A stretch of 56,242 nt of DNA from Nemertoderma westbladi (Eukaryota; Animalia; Xenacoelomorpha). A program made the translations under genes and the position numbers. The notes below the pieces were generated by a model. The model was given only the letters and a program-made list of their open reading frames with translations. It was not told where the DNA came from and ran no database searches. Below, in pieces: positions 25,724 to 37,700 of this stretch (its first letter is position 1; each line of letters begins with the position of its first letter). The stretch is taken from assembly GCA_032718475.1 (NCBI GenBank), contig JAUCBJ010000819.1:1-56242 (forward strand), read 5' to 3'.

Positions 25724-26061
25724 TAACTATATAGCATACTGATAAAATTCAAGTTCATATATATCCAATTTAAAAACAAAATCATACAAAATTTATTAAA
25801 AAAATAAGAAATGAATAGACAGCGTATAAGTAAAGTAGTACTGTAGTGAACGCTGCCACACGCACACTGAACAACAAAAATGTAGCTGGTATAGTATAAA
25901 CTGGTGGATTGCAGGTAATTGTACTGTATAAGTCAAAGAAATATAAAGGGTACCGGTACTGTAGTAATAAACAACAGATAATACGACTCCTACATATAGA
26001 AGTAAAATCCACGATTGGTCAAAGTCTGAGAAAGTTTATATTACAGTATAATAACACGTAC

Positions 26062-26194
26062 TTGTCAATGGCAGGTCCATTTATGGGGTCATATTTCACG
26101 TGACATGATGCACTCAACGGCTGTACATTTTGGCTGTAATCAGATATCACATTACCAGGTATAAAAGTGATGCTGGGACCAACATCACTTTCAA
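26062..26194 (-). CDS. Host gene exon, Ig-like domain 1 N-half
   Basis: cag/gtacgt; LESDVGPSITFIPGN...LSASCHVKYDP... Confidence 0.88.
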
Positions 26195-26859
26195 CTGAAA
26201 GGAAACAAATGACATTTAATTTTAATTATATTTAATAAAGGGACTTTTAATGACAATTAAGGGGGTGGTGGTCTACAAAATAGATTATTGCATTTGCATT
26301 GAGAAACAGGACCAAGCCTAAGTTTAAAATAAATGTGCATGGGTTGCTCGGAGAGCTCACCTAAAAAATATGAATACTTTAAAATAATATAATAAAGAAA
26401 GTAGAAAACAATATGGAGGTGGAATAGAGGTGGTATAAAGTAATAATAAAAGAATGTAAAAATACTAAGCAAGGCAATATGAAATGGAATAAAGTGAAGT
26501 CATACTGGGGCGAGGCCGAATAAATGTCATTATTAATTAATACACATTATTGAGTCAAAAATAATCCATTAATCCTTTAAAACGGGTTTTTATCGAAAAT
26601 ATTTATTTTTTAGTATTTTTTTCGATGTTTGACACTTTTATCTGGATCTACATGAAAATAACTATGAAATTTAACAAAATTTGGTACAAAATTGGTTATT
26701 TTGTATATAAATAAAGCTACTGTAACTCAATCAGGCATATATAGTTATAATTATACGATCTCTTTATACAAAAGCAATCAAACAATCGGATGAAGCCGGG
26801 GGCGACCCGAAGGCTCCACTATCTATAGCTGCTAGCCGAGGCTGTAGTCTATCCCTCGT

Positions 26860-26956
26860 TTAACTCCTATTTATTCACCTTGTCCTCATTTAATCGAACC
26901 CATGGGATTGGGATGGAAGGCAGAGTGAACCCTGGCAGGGTTCGAACCTTCAACCA
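26860..26956 (-). mobile_element. SINE fragment (box B plus central domain)
   Basis: ggttcgaaccc followed by ctctgccttccatcc...taaatgag, similar to the SINE at 50150-50425. Confidence 0.5.
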
Positions 26957-27046
26957 ATAGATTGTAGCTATAACAAGCTATAACAAAAATCGTCTTCAAT
27001 ACATTGTTATTCAACATAAATATATATAAATTTTTTTTCAACTTAC

Positions 27047-27160
27047 GTATACAAGCGTCACTCCCGCTGACTTCTGATTGGCCAGTTGGTACGTAACCCG
27101 GGCGACAGTCACATAATGTGAAACTGCACGGTGGCAATGGGCACCCTGGTTCTGGGATTT
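27047..27160 (-). CDS. Host gene exon, EGF-like/Cys-rich
   Basis: aag/gtaagt; EIPEPGCPLPPCSFTLCDCRPGYVPTGQSEVSGSDACI. Confidence 0.9.
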
Positions 27161-27300
27161 CTTTGATATGAAAAAAAAATAAACAAATATATTATTGCTA
27201 TTCGCAGCCACTTTAAATCCTGACTGTGGACAAAATTATGGTTTGCATTCAATAACTATTCAATACTATCCTTAACATCAGGTCTTATCATTCGATGGAT

Positions 27301-28774
27301 CAGAGGCGTAGCGAGACCTTCTCTGGCGCCCAGGGGAATTTTTCATTTCATTTTTATTCCAGACATTGAATTATACAATATATTATTACATTATTTTAGT
27401 AAAACATTATTTATAAACATTATACATCATTTATAAAATTGAGCACAATTATTGAATTATTAAATACATACTGCTACTGTACCTACACTACGGAAAAATA
27501 ATTTACATAGAGCCTAATATTTAAACAAATTGGTGGGACCGTATTATTGACACACTTCGAAAATTCTAGACACCATATGGCATGAAGCTGATCCCCCATT
27601 CAATAATTTTAACTTTTCATTTATGGCGGTTTTTTTAAATATTATATAATATTAAAAAAAACATCTAAAAAAACAGTTTACTAAAAGTATATAACTATAT
27701 CAAATCTATTTTACATAAGTTTGATATAGTGAAATTATAATACAGTATATTGATTGGCGAGCGAAGTGAGCAAAGACAATTTTTACATTTTTCGCTTATG
27801 ACACATGTCCTGTACCGGGTGTTCCATAATGATTGCCCCCCACCCCCTGGCCAGCCAAAACTGTCAGACATGCACCTTAGTGTAATTTACCATTCGAAAG
27901 AGAATTTAATTCTGAGCTTGCATGCAGAAATTTAGGGTCCAATACAAAAGTATAAAAATTTTATAGGCTATTCTTTAAACCTATCTTACTTTTCAATATT
28001 TTGTGATTTAAAAAATATAATTTACCCAGCGTTAGTCATCTGCTTTACAGCCATGTTTCCCCTTTGCAGCACGGGGAGCTCCTCGGTAGTGGCAAAGGAT
28101 GTTGGCCCTTAAAAGGGGCGTTTTAGTTTGAGTTTAGTTTGATTATGCCACAGAATCACGACCCTCTCTAAAAGTAACATCTCTGATCCTGTCAACCTTA
28201 CGTTTTTCTTCAGAGTCATCGAAGATTGCACTGGAACTTGTCATTTTAATTACTTCTGTTAGGCCTAATTCAGTAAAATTACCAAATTTTAACACTAATA
28301 CCGGTAACTGAATACTGTAATATATTGGAATACAGCAAAAGTCAGGCAGTAATAACTGTTTAAACAGAGCTGCAACCGGCAAAGCTGATGGCTAACGCTG
28401 GATAAATTATATTTTTTTTTAAATTGTGATTAAATCACAAATATTGAAAAGTAAGATAGGTTTAAAAAATTTCCTATAAAATTTTTATACTTTTCTATTG
28501 GACCCTAAATTTTTGCATGCAAGCTCAGAATTAAATTCTCTTTCGAATGGTATATATCACTAAGGTGCATGTCTGACAGTTTTGGCTGGCCAGGGGGGGG
28601 GGGGGGGGAATCATTATGGAACACCCGGTATACTGTATCATAATCCCTGAATTTTCACTGATTTGTCTTAAGTTTACAAGAATACAATGATATTTGCCTG
28701 GCATTTCAGCGCCACCCGCCCGGGTGAGAGCGCCCGGGGGAACATTCCCCCCCCCCCCCCTCGTTACGCCTCTG
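27301..28774. mobile_element. Non-autonomous hAT-type element
   Basis: TIRs cagaggcgtagcgag / ctcgttacgcctctg; 8-bp TSD cgatggat (27293-27300, 28775-28782). Confidence 0.9.
27815..28628. mobile_element. Tc1/mariner-type MITE nested in the hAT element
   Basis: ta|ccgggtgttccataatgatt ... aatcattatggaacacccgg|ta; TIRs about 235 bp. Confidence 0.9.
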
Positions 28775-29021
28775 CGATGGATCATCAAATGGATCAATCT
28801 TGCCCAACTCAATGTGACGGATGATGGAGCTCAGATTTTAGTTGTATTAATTTCATGTTCCTAAACTACTTACTAAACACAATGTAGGATGACTTGGTGA
28901 GATGATCAGCGATAGTTAACTGTATGTAATGCCAGAAACAAAACAATCCTAAATAAAAAAAAACACTTTCTAAGTTCGGTTTTTTCTCACCACGAAGGAT
29001 TGGATACCATATATACTTAAG

Positions 29022-30918
29022 TATAGAATTATATTCCCTAAATGCCGTGGATTTTCAAAATTTTATTTTATTCGGATTAACTTTGTAAAGATTGCTTTGA
29101 GTTCTCATTCGTATTGGTTCTATCATTTGTACATCTATCGGTCAAGTGGTTCAGTAGCTCAGTCGGTAGAGCGTTGGAAATTATATGTGTAGTAGGTATT
29201 GAGTTCGAATCCTAGTAAGTGCGAATTATTTTTTGTACAGAATTTCAACTCATTTAAATTAACCGCTACAAATTAATTGCATTTATCTGTACCAATGAGA
29301 CTGTAGTTATTTGATTGTAACCAATGTCGTGCAAGTTATATATTAGCTGGACCAATAGCTATCTTTAAAACCTTGTTAGAACCCATAGAACAATCGAGAA
29401 TTTTCTCGATTGATTGCGGCACAAATTTGCTATATAAAGGTGCGATTTGTTCATTAGTTATTCCATTTTCTTATTCTCTCAGTTATTCAGTTATCTGATA
29501 TTTGTTTATTCTGTCATTAGTTTTCAGATTACATTGTATTATAATTATATCTTCTGTAATAAAGTCAGAATTATCGCTAATCTGCTTTTCCTATCTGTTT
29601 TACTATGATTCACCACGGTGAACCCAACTAAGGGACAGGATGGCAGGCTAGAGATCGGGCCGCAGCAATGAACGGGAACATCACCGGAATGTAGACGAGA
29701 GACAACCCGCAATACCATCTAGAGTTATTCGCCCATCGCCTGAAAGGTTAGAGGGCGTTCGATCCTTGCTACCTAAGTGTAAGACCAAAAGATCAAAAGG
29801 TAGACGTAGTGACACGCTGTAAGCCTAAAATTACATCTAAGGGACTGTACTGTCTTGATTCAGGAAAAACCGCAGTAGACCTTCATATTCCTACGGGAGG
29901 GAGAGAGAGCAGAGATACTAGTACGCAGATAGGACGTAGGCACACCGGTACGAAGCATACAAATTGGTTAGGGTGCAGCAAACTGTACGCTTAACTCTTG
30001 CTAAGTACAGGTGCGTCTGTGACTATTTGCCGTACAACGGTGTCCATTACATCAGAACTTGTAGGCTAGGAGGGTTATTGTGTTTTCACCTGAATTAGGA
30101 TTGTACCGTTCAGGCGGTAGGGCAGTTTACGTACTAGGCGCAAATAAATTGAGGCTATTAGGGATACTAACATCTACCGTGTCCCCGCCAACGCCCTGAT
30201 AGGAAGTTACCTGGACTACCTGGGTGACTAAAATTCTAGATAGGACGCCAGGATAGCTATTAGTAACTGTACGCCTACAGTAGTAAACTAACACATCTCT
30301 TCTTAGTATCAGGGACCTGGTACCTAAAATTGCCGAATTCTGGGCGTAGTATTAACCTTATGCCTGAATTTGAGTCCTGGAAATACGCAAGAGGGGAAGG
30401 AACCTTATCATTCGTGAGTATTGGACCTACAAGTTACAAAATTAGAATATTCGTAAAATGCACACCGTACCCAGTAATTATATATGTGAAGGAGCAAAAC
30501 TGCTTTTGACCGTTCAGAATTAACACACGCGCGTTAGAAATTATTTACACCTCAAAATATATAAAATTAACTTTCGTCCTTACTGCACTTTGCTCGCTAG
30601 TTAGACATCTCCAAATCTCTGCCTGTACCTAGCTAGCGTCCCTTTGCCCAACCATATAAATCACACCGCGGCAAAGTATACGAGCCCCTTAGTCCGTCAG
30701 CGAGTCAGCCTGATTTTAGGATTCGCTGCGCGGGATTTTGTTTTATCGAAGTTTGTCTGCTCGTAGACTGTTTTCTGCCTCACCGGTTATAAGAGATCGA
30801 TACTGCAATATATTCGCTTACTTAGAGTTTACTGTTTTGGTGAGAAGGTCGGATTTATGATTTGATTCACAAACTTTACAGTAGGATATTGCAGGTATTG
30901 TTGCTGTCTCTTCGAATA
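29022..30918 (+). repeat. 5' LTR of element C (1897 bp)
   Basis: tatagaatt...ttcgaata; TATA at 29431; AATAAA at 29558 and 30143. Confidence 0.95.
29148..29234 (+). ncRNA. tRNA-like Pol III cassette inside the LTR (second copy 43378-43464)
   Basis: Box A tagctcagtcggtagagc with intact D-stem, box B gagttcgaatcc, then a T6 run; acceptor and anticodon stems do not pair. Confidence 0.55.
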
Positions 30919-30929
30919 GTAGGAATATG
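30919..30929 (+). promoter_or_regulatory. Candidate non-tRNA primer-binding site
   Basis: gtaggaatatg directly follows the 5' LTR and is the exact reverse complement of catattcctac at 29884-29894; no TGG-type PBS present. Confidence 0.55.
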
Positions 30930-31728
30930 TTTTACTGAACTACGGTTCGGTAGGACTAAAGTTATTTGAAAATTTTGTATTTTGAGGTAAAAATTTATAT
31001 TTGATTAGCTGAGTGCTAATTTTTTGAAATAAAATTTGATTTGAACCGCGTGTAAAATATTTTTGGAATTGAATACCGGTGTTTAAAAAGGGTTTAAATA
31101 CCATATTGTACCGGTACAAAATTTTCGTAAAAGTAAAACCTAACTCTTTTGTTTTTCAGGATTCAGAACTCATTTCTAGACTGTAACGGGAGCAAGACCG
31201 TGTTTAGCAAGTTTGGGAGATAGATAACTCAACAACTTTGGTTGGGAAAATCGCGTTTCGTCCGCAACGTTAAAAACGGAAAGGTTCACGTCCGGTTTGT
31301 ATCTGGGAATCTGTTTTTCTGGAGAATTATTGGAGTGGGTGAGTTCGAAAAGTTGCATAAATAAGTTAGGCATTACCGTATTAGTTAAAATTATTGTGGG
31401 TTCCACTGTCTCAAGTATTTATGCATTCCGTATGATTTCTTTGTTCATTGCTGAATTAGTCCGTATTATTGTATTTAATTTACCTTTTGATAACGCATAT
31501 CGTTATCCGATTTATTTGTTATAAAATTGGCCGCTAGGCTAATTTTATTATATACTTATTCCGTGACATTTATTTGCTGTAAAATTGGCCGTTTAGGCTA
31601 ATTTTATCCATCTGCTATAAAATCGGCCGGTAGGCTAATTTTATATGACTGTAATTAGTACCGTTTAGATATAAATACGGTAAACTCGATACTTTGACAC
31701 TCACTCCACTTGACTTACAACTACCGAA

Positions 31729-34700
31729 ATGAGTGACAAACAAGACTATACGAAGAATACACAAACCGACTATGACTCGTGTGACGCGGATAAGTCAGCA
31801 GCGGAGGAACAACAGGGGAAGACTCGCGAGCCTACCGAACCTACACCGTGTGCGTCACCAGTACATCCAACGGGAGTACCGGATGCCGTAGTACGAGGCG
31901 ACGGCAGGACCGAGGACTTTCTAACTGTTCCGCAACCTAGATACAGGGAAACGGACATGGTAAGTTCAGCAGGAAGTCAGGAGAGCGTGGTTAGAAGCGT
32001 CGGTGGATACATGGCGCATATTACCAGGAGTATTGGAGAAGGCCAACGCATATTAGACGGGTTGACCGCTCCTATGTCTCGATTCGAGTTCTACACCCTC
32101 CAGGTTAGAGTACAGAGTAAAGTATATAAGTCCGTAGATAATCTAGTTGGCCTACAAGATCTAGCTAGACAGAGACAGGACATGGATACTCAACTTAGAA
32201 TCCTCGGGAAACTAATGATCGCTAGAGAGAAACTGATTCAGTTTAAGTCGACGATTAGACGGATACAACAGGAACAAGCGGACCAGTTGTTAGGTGAGTC
32301 AGTTTCGGACGAATTATTACAGCCCGAGGAAGAACAGGAACTGTACCGACTGGATGGACAATTGAAACATCTGACGGACCACTTACGTATGTGCGGCGAA
32401 GACGTCGGCGATTTGGAAACCGTGCCGGAATATACGAGGGAAACTTCACCCGTACGAATCGAATCGGCACCGGGAATGCTGGACCAATCGTTAGTGAGTA
32501 TTCGCAGCGAAATTGGCGAGATAAGTATCGTGACGTCAGAAATTTCCAGACAGCAACAACAACATGATAGACAACAACGGGAAGCGGAGGAACAAGCTCA
32601 ATTGTTGACGGCACAAGCGGCGGTAGAAGAAGAAAAACTACGTGTTGCGAATGTTGCAAGAATCTCTCATCTGCAAGAACAAGCCGAGTTGGAAGCGGCC
32701 GAGATGGAAAGGTTGGAGTTGGACATCGCCCAACAAGCAGCAGCGGCCGAGTTAGCGCGACAGAGGTTAGTATCAGAAGCGAGAGCCGAGATGAAAAAAC
32801 GGCAAATAAAGGCTCAGTCAGCTATACGACAAGCAGAGTTCGAGGCGCAACAACAACAAACGGAACAACGCGAGAAAGAAGTTAAACTTCATTTCGAACT
32901 CGGGAAGAAGGCGAGAGAATTAGCCAACGCGAAGGAAGATCTGGATCTACAAGCCCGCGATCGATCGATGAGATCTCGAGATGGACATGACTTGGACCAG
33001 ATAGAGGTAAGACATCGCCAAATTCAGGAACGGAAGAAGGAAGGAAGCGTAGGAGCACCCGGACGGGAACGACAATTAGTAAAGGACTTGTGTCAACGAT
33101 TCCCACAGGTAACTCATATGTTTGCACCGGTTACGACTAAGGAACCTGTTTCGATTGCGGGTAGTAGTAACATTTCTCCTATCCATGGTGCGACGGAACA
33201 CAGGTTTGTTATTCCGGACGAGTTTACACCGCCAAGAGCAACGTCGTCGCCTATTCCAAAAGTCAAGGTAAGTAACCCACCGATTACAGATCGTAGTAGT
33301 TTATTAGTCGAACCTGCACTACTGACAACTAAACAGGTGAGTCCACCGTCGACACCTAAACCTGTTACACACTACGCTTATCCAATGACGTTTCGACCCA
33401 CAAGGCCAGTTGTTTCAAATGCTGTCATTCGCCCACCGATCAACCAATTTGCATCGCAATCTACGACTTCGAGGAAGACTTGTGAGCCTACCGAACAACG
33501 GAGAACAGTGGAGACGCGACCATTCAACCAATTTACATCGCAATCTACGACTTCGAGGAAGACTTGTGAGCCTACCGAACAACGGAGATCAGTGGACGAT
33601 GTTCCGAAACGAAACGTGAGAATTCGTACGACGCAACGAACGCGAGCACGTCAACCACCATATCCAGATGATAGTAGTACTTCGAGCGAATCGGATTACC
33701 CGAAACGCGAGGTATTTAGAACAGGGGCGGCCGATGAATATAAACGCGAGCGTTCAGACAACTCCTTTGCAGACAATCCTCCACAGAATACACCAACACA
33801 GAAGGCGTTACAACCAACGGACGCAATTAGTACACAACAGTTCGCCGACATCCTGCGACCAGTTGTTAATAAGTTGGCTCAGATCGAGGAACGTCTGGAG
33901 GAAGTTCAAACCGACAGTTCGAGAAATTCCGAATTCGAACACAATAGACACCCGAAGGAACCACAAAGACCGGTACCTTCAAACCCCACATCGTATCAGG
34001 GAAAAGCGCCAAGAAGGGATATCAACCAGCGTACCAACCAAGGACGCGAAACTCTGAACGTTGCCGAGGAGATAGCGAAATTCGCAGCCAGACAAGGATT
34101 GCCGGTACAACAACCACCGAAGTTTTCCGGTAGCTCAAAACACTGGCATACTTTCGTAGACTATATCGAATCCCAGATCGCCGTGTGCGCCTTTACATCA
34201 CGGGAGAAGTTCAATTACCTGCTCCAAACGTTGTCAGGAGAACCTAAACGTTTGGCGGAGACTTTCGTCGGTGTACCGGACGCTTTCGAACTAGCGTACG
34301 ATCGTTTAACTTCGATATACGGAGGTACAGTTAGTATGGCCAGGTCAGTAATAGAGGAACTCTGTAAGGGAGGGGCTATCACTAAACCCGTCGACTTATT
34401 AAAACTAGCTGACGAGATAAAAAACGCTATCACTACTTTAAAATCCATTGGACAACTTGATTACGGGAATACCCCTACAGTCCTATTAAAGATCATAGGA
34501 CGACTCCACCATCGACTTCGTCGGGAGTGGAGAAAGGTCGAATACCAGCGAGAAGAGCGGGGAGGATTCTTAAAATTAGAAGATGTGTACCTTTTAATAT
34601 CCAGGGAGGCGGTAGTAGAAACTCGATCTAACTACACCGACCAGCACATCGTGGCAGAAGGGATCACATTGCCATCCTCCAACCGACAAAAACCCCAGAC

Positions 34701-37700
34701 AACATCCACTAAGACGGCCACTTACACCACACCGACGGAATCACGACAATTCTCGGACGGTAGTAGGGTATCTGCGCCCATTGGGACAAAACAGACGAGA
34801 CAACAACTCGGTACCGACTTCAGCGGCTGCCAATACTGCGAGCATCTAGGCAAGCGGTATATCGGTCACAAGTTTCGAGGTTGTCGACAATTTCGCGAGT
34901 TGAACTCGGAAGAACGACGGCTGCAAATACGGCCATTGGACTCTTGTTGGCGGTGTACGCGACACGGACACGTCCGTAAAGATTGCCCAAATACCGACAC
35001 TTGTCCATCCTGTGGACGCAACCACGACGGTCTGCTCCACACAGACAGCCACACGCCGACGAAACGCTTCGCCAGGGAACACCCGGAAGCAGCAGCGAGA
35101 TGTGATGCGGCTTACCGAAAACGAGAATCGAAAACGACTCCAACCTTCGTGACCCATATTGAGGATTGCTTCTCAGAACAATCCGGATCGTCGGACGAAG
35201 AATCAGAAGACGACGACGAATATTCCAATGGAGACGAACAACCGTCGATTGCGCTTCTGACTACTGACCAACTGAAGGGATTCAGTGTAATTCCGATTAA
35301 GGTTACTGGCACAAAGGGGAGCAAAAGAATCTACGCGATTCTAGATTCAGCCTCATCTCATAGCTACGTGGATGAAAAGATAGCTGACGTAGTGACGGAT
35401 CTTAAACAAGGTAAGCACGTCAGTTATACCGTAAGTAGTATGCACGGACAGCGTGCAATACCAGTGACACGAGTCAAGTTAAACTTAGACTCTCTTCTTC
35501 CAAAATCGCAGCACAGCGAGAGGGAGAGGTCTTTGTTACCTTTTAGAGATCTAACCTTTGCGGCCACGAAGGACTTTAGTAACCTACTAGGTCCAGTGCC
35601 GGAACAATCTCTAGAGGACCGTAAGTATTTCAGACACCTTGGTGTACCCGAATGTCCTGTCAATTATAGATCGGTAGCAATGCTGATCGGGACGGACCAA
35701 TTCAACCTACATCAGGTGTGGGAAACCAGACCATCGGCAGTTGTAGCGGGAAACGCATACGCCTGCAGAACGCCGATAGGGTGGTATACTCGAGCGCCTG
35801 TGCGCACACTAGACGTAAGTGACGAGGAAGACGATGTACAGAGTACATGTAGTTTATTAACTACAAATTCAATTCATTCCTTCTCACACGACGTGAACCA
35901 TACTACACTACAGTCGACAAAACATAACAGACGTGTAACTAGTATGATAAGTCACAAGGAGCAGCTAATCCACAAGGTGAGTTTAGAACTTGGGGAGAAG
36001 ACGAGTCAGCTAGAGATTCCATCGACGACAGATGATAGGCTTGCGAGTCTACCTACCCCAACGACATCAACAATGCCCGTCGATATCGATGATGACGCGT
36101 TGAGAAATCATCAAATGGAACAAGCCGCATTGGACAAAGAATTAACGGAGAAGACTATCAGGTGGTTAGAACAAGATACAGCTGAACCTGGTAGCTACGA
36201 ACCTTGTATGTCGGAACAGGAGAAACAATCTCTGAAGATCATGGAAGATACTATCCACCAGACGAAAGACGGACATTATGAGGTAGGGATGTTATGGCGT
36301 AGCCAAAGTCCTAAACTTATAAACAACTATCCACTAGCCTTGAGACGTCTACACTCAATACGGCAACGTCTATTAAAGGACGAGAAAGCCCATCTGCAGT
36401 ACAATACTCAGATGGAGACGTATTTGACTAAGGGATATGCTATCCGAATGACTAACCCGGAGATAGTGACTGACCAAACATATTACTTGCCACATCACTA
36501 TGTGAGACACCCCGATAAACCAGACAAAGTACGCGTAGTCAATGACTGTGCGGCTCTGTTTGAGGGAATGTCCCTCAATAGTGAGTTGATGGATGGACCA
36601 AACATGAATAATTATCTTATGGGGGTGATTATGCGCTTCCGTCAGCGTCAAGTAGCCTTTACATGTGACGTTGAAGCGATGTTTCACCAAGTGAGAGCGT
36701 TAGAGCGAGACAGAGACAGTTTGCGGTTCCTCTGGTACCCGGAAGGAGACTTAAGTCTACCACCAGCGACTTACCAAATGCAAGTTCGCGTTTTCGGTGC
36801 CAGAGACAGCCCAAATTGCACGATGTACGCCCTAAAGCAGGCCGCTAGAGATCAGAAACATCTATATGACCCAGAGATAATTAAAATCGTAGAGCGTGAC
36901 TTTTACGTTGACGACGGTTTACAGAGTTGCGACACAGTAGAACGTGCTACAACAGTAGCACATCAATTACGGGACTGCTTAGCGGGCGGAGGTTTTAACC
37001 TCACCAAATTCGCCTCAAACAGTGCCGAATTAGTAGACTCATTCGGGACGACTGAGCGTGGAGGTGGTGACATAGACCTAGAGTTCGAACCACTACCGAC
37101 GACCAAGGTGTTGGGGCTCTTTTGGGACCCAAACACGGACAACTTCCGAGTGAAGGTGAGACTGGACAGTCAAGAGAACACACTGACAAAGAGATCATGC
37201 TTGTCAAAGTTGAGCCGATTGTTCGATCCGTTAGGATTCATCAGTCCAGTAATACTGCAAGCTCGCATTTATATGCGCAGTATTTGGAAGGATGGACTAA
37301 CATGGGACGAGCCGATCTCATCAGACCAAGTGGACTTATGGAAGACCTGGGAGGCGGAATTATCTTCGCTAGAGGATTATTCCATACCCAGGGTTTACTT
37401 TCCATTACAAAGTACATTTCCTGACAACTTGGAATTACACTGTTTTTCTGACGCCAGTGACAACGGTTTTGGTGTGGTAGCGTACTTGCGCAGACAAGTA
37501 GACTCAGACGAGTTCGATGTTTCGCTCATTACTTCTAAGGCTAAGACCATGCCTACTAAGTATATGACGACACCACGAGCTGAGCTACAAGCCGCAACCC
37601 TGTCAACCACCATCGTGAACCTCATACAGACAGAACTACAGTCGAGTTTACAGATATTTTATTGGACTGACGCGACGTTGGTTTTATTTTACATAAACAA

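Noticed and set aside
29641-29660. tggcaggctagag as a tRNA PBS after a shorter LTR
   Set aside because: Not preceded by CA and not recognisably tRNA-complementary; the direct repeat and TSD extend 1.3 kb further.
29809-29994. 61-aa ORF in both LTRs
   Set aside because: GTG start, short, no motif; duplicated only because it lies in the LTR.
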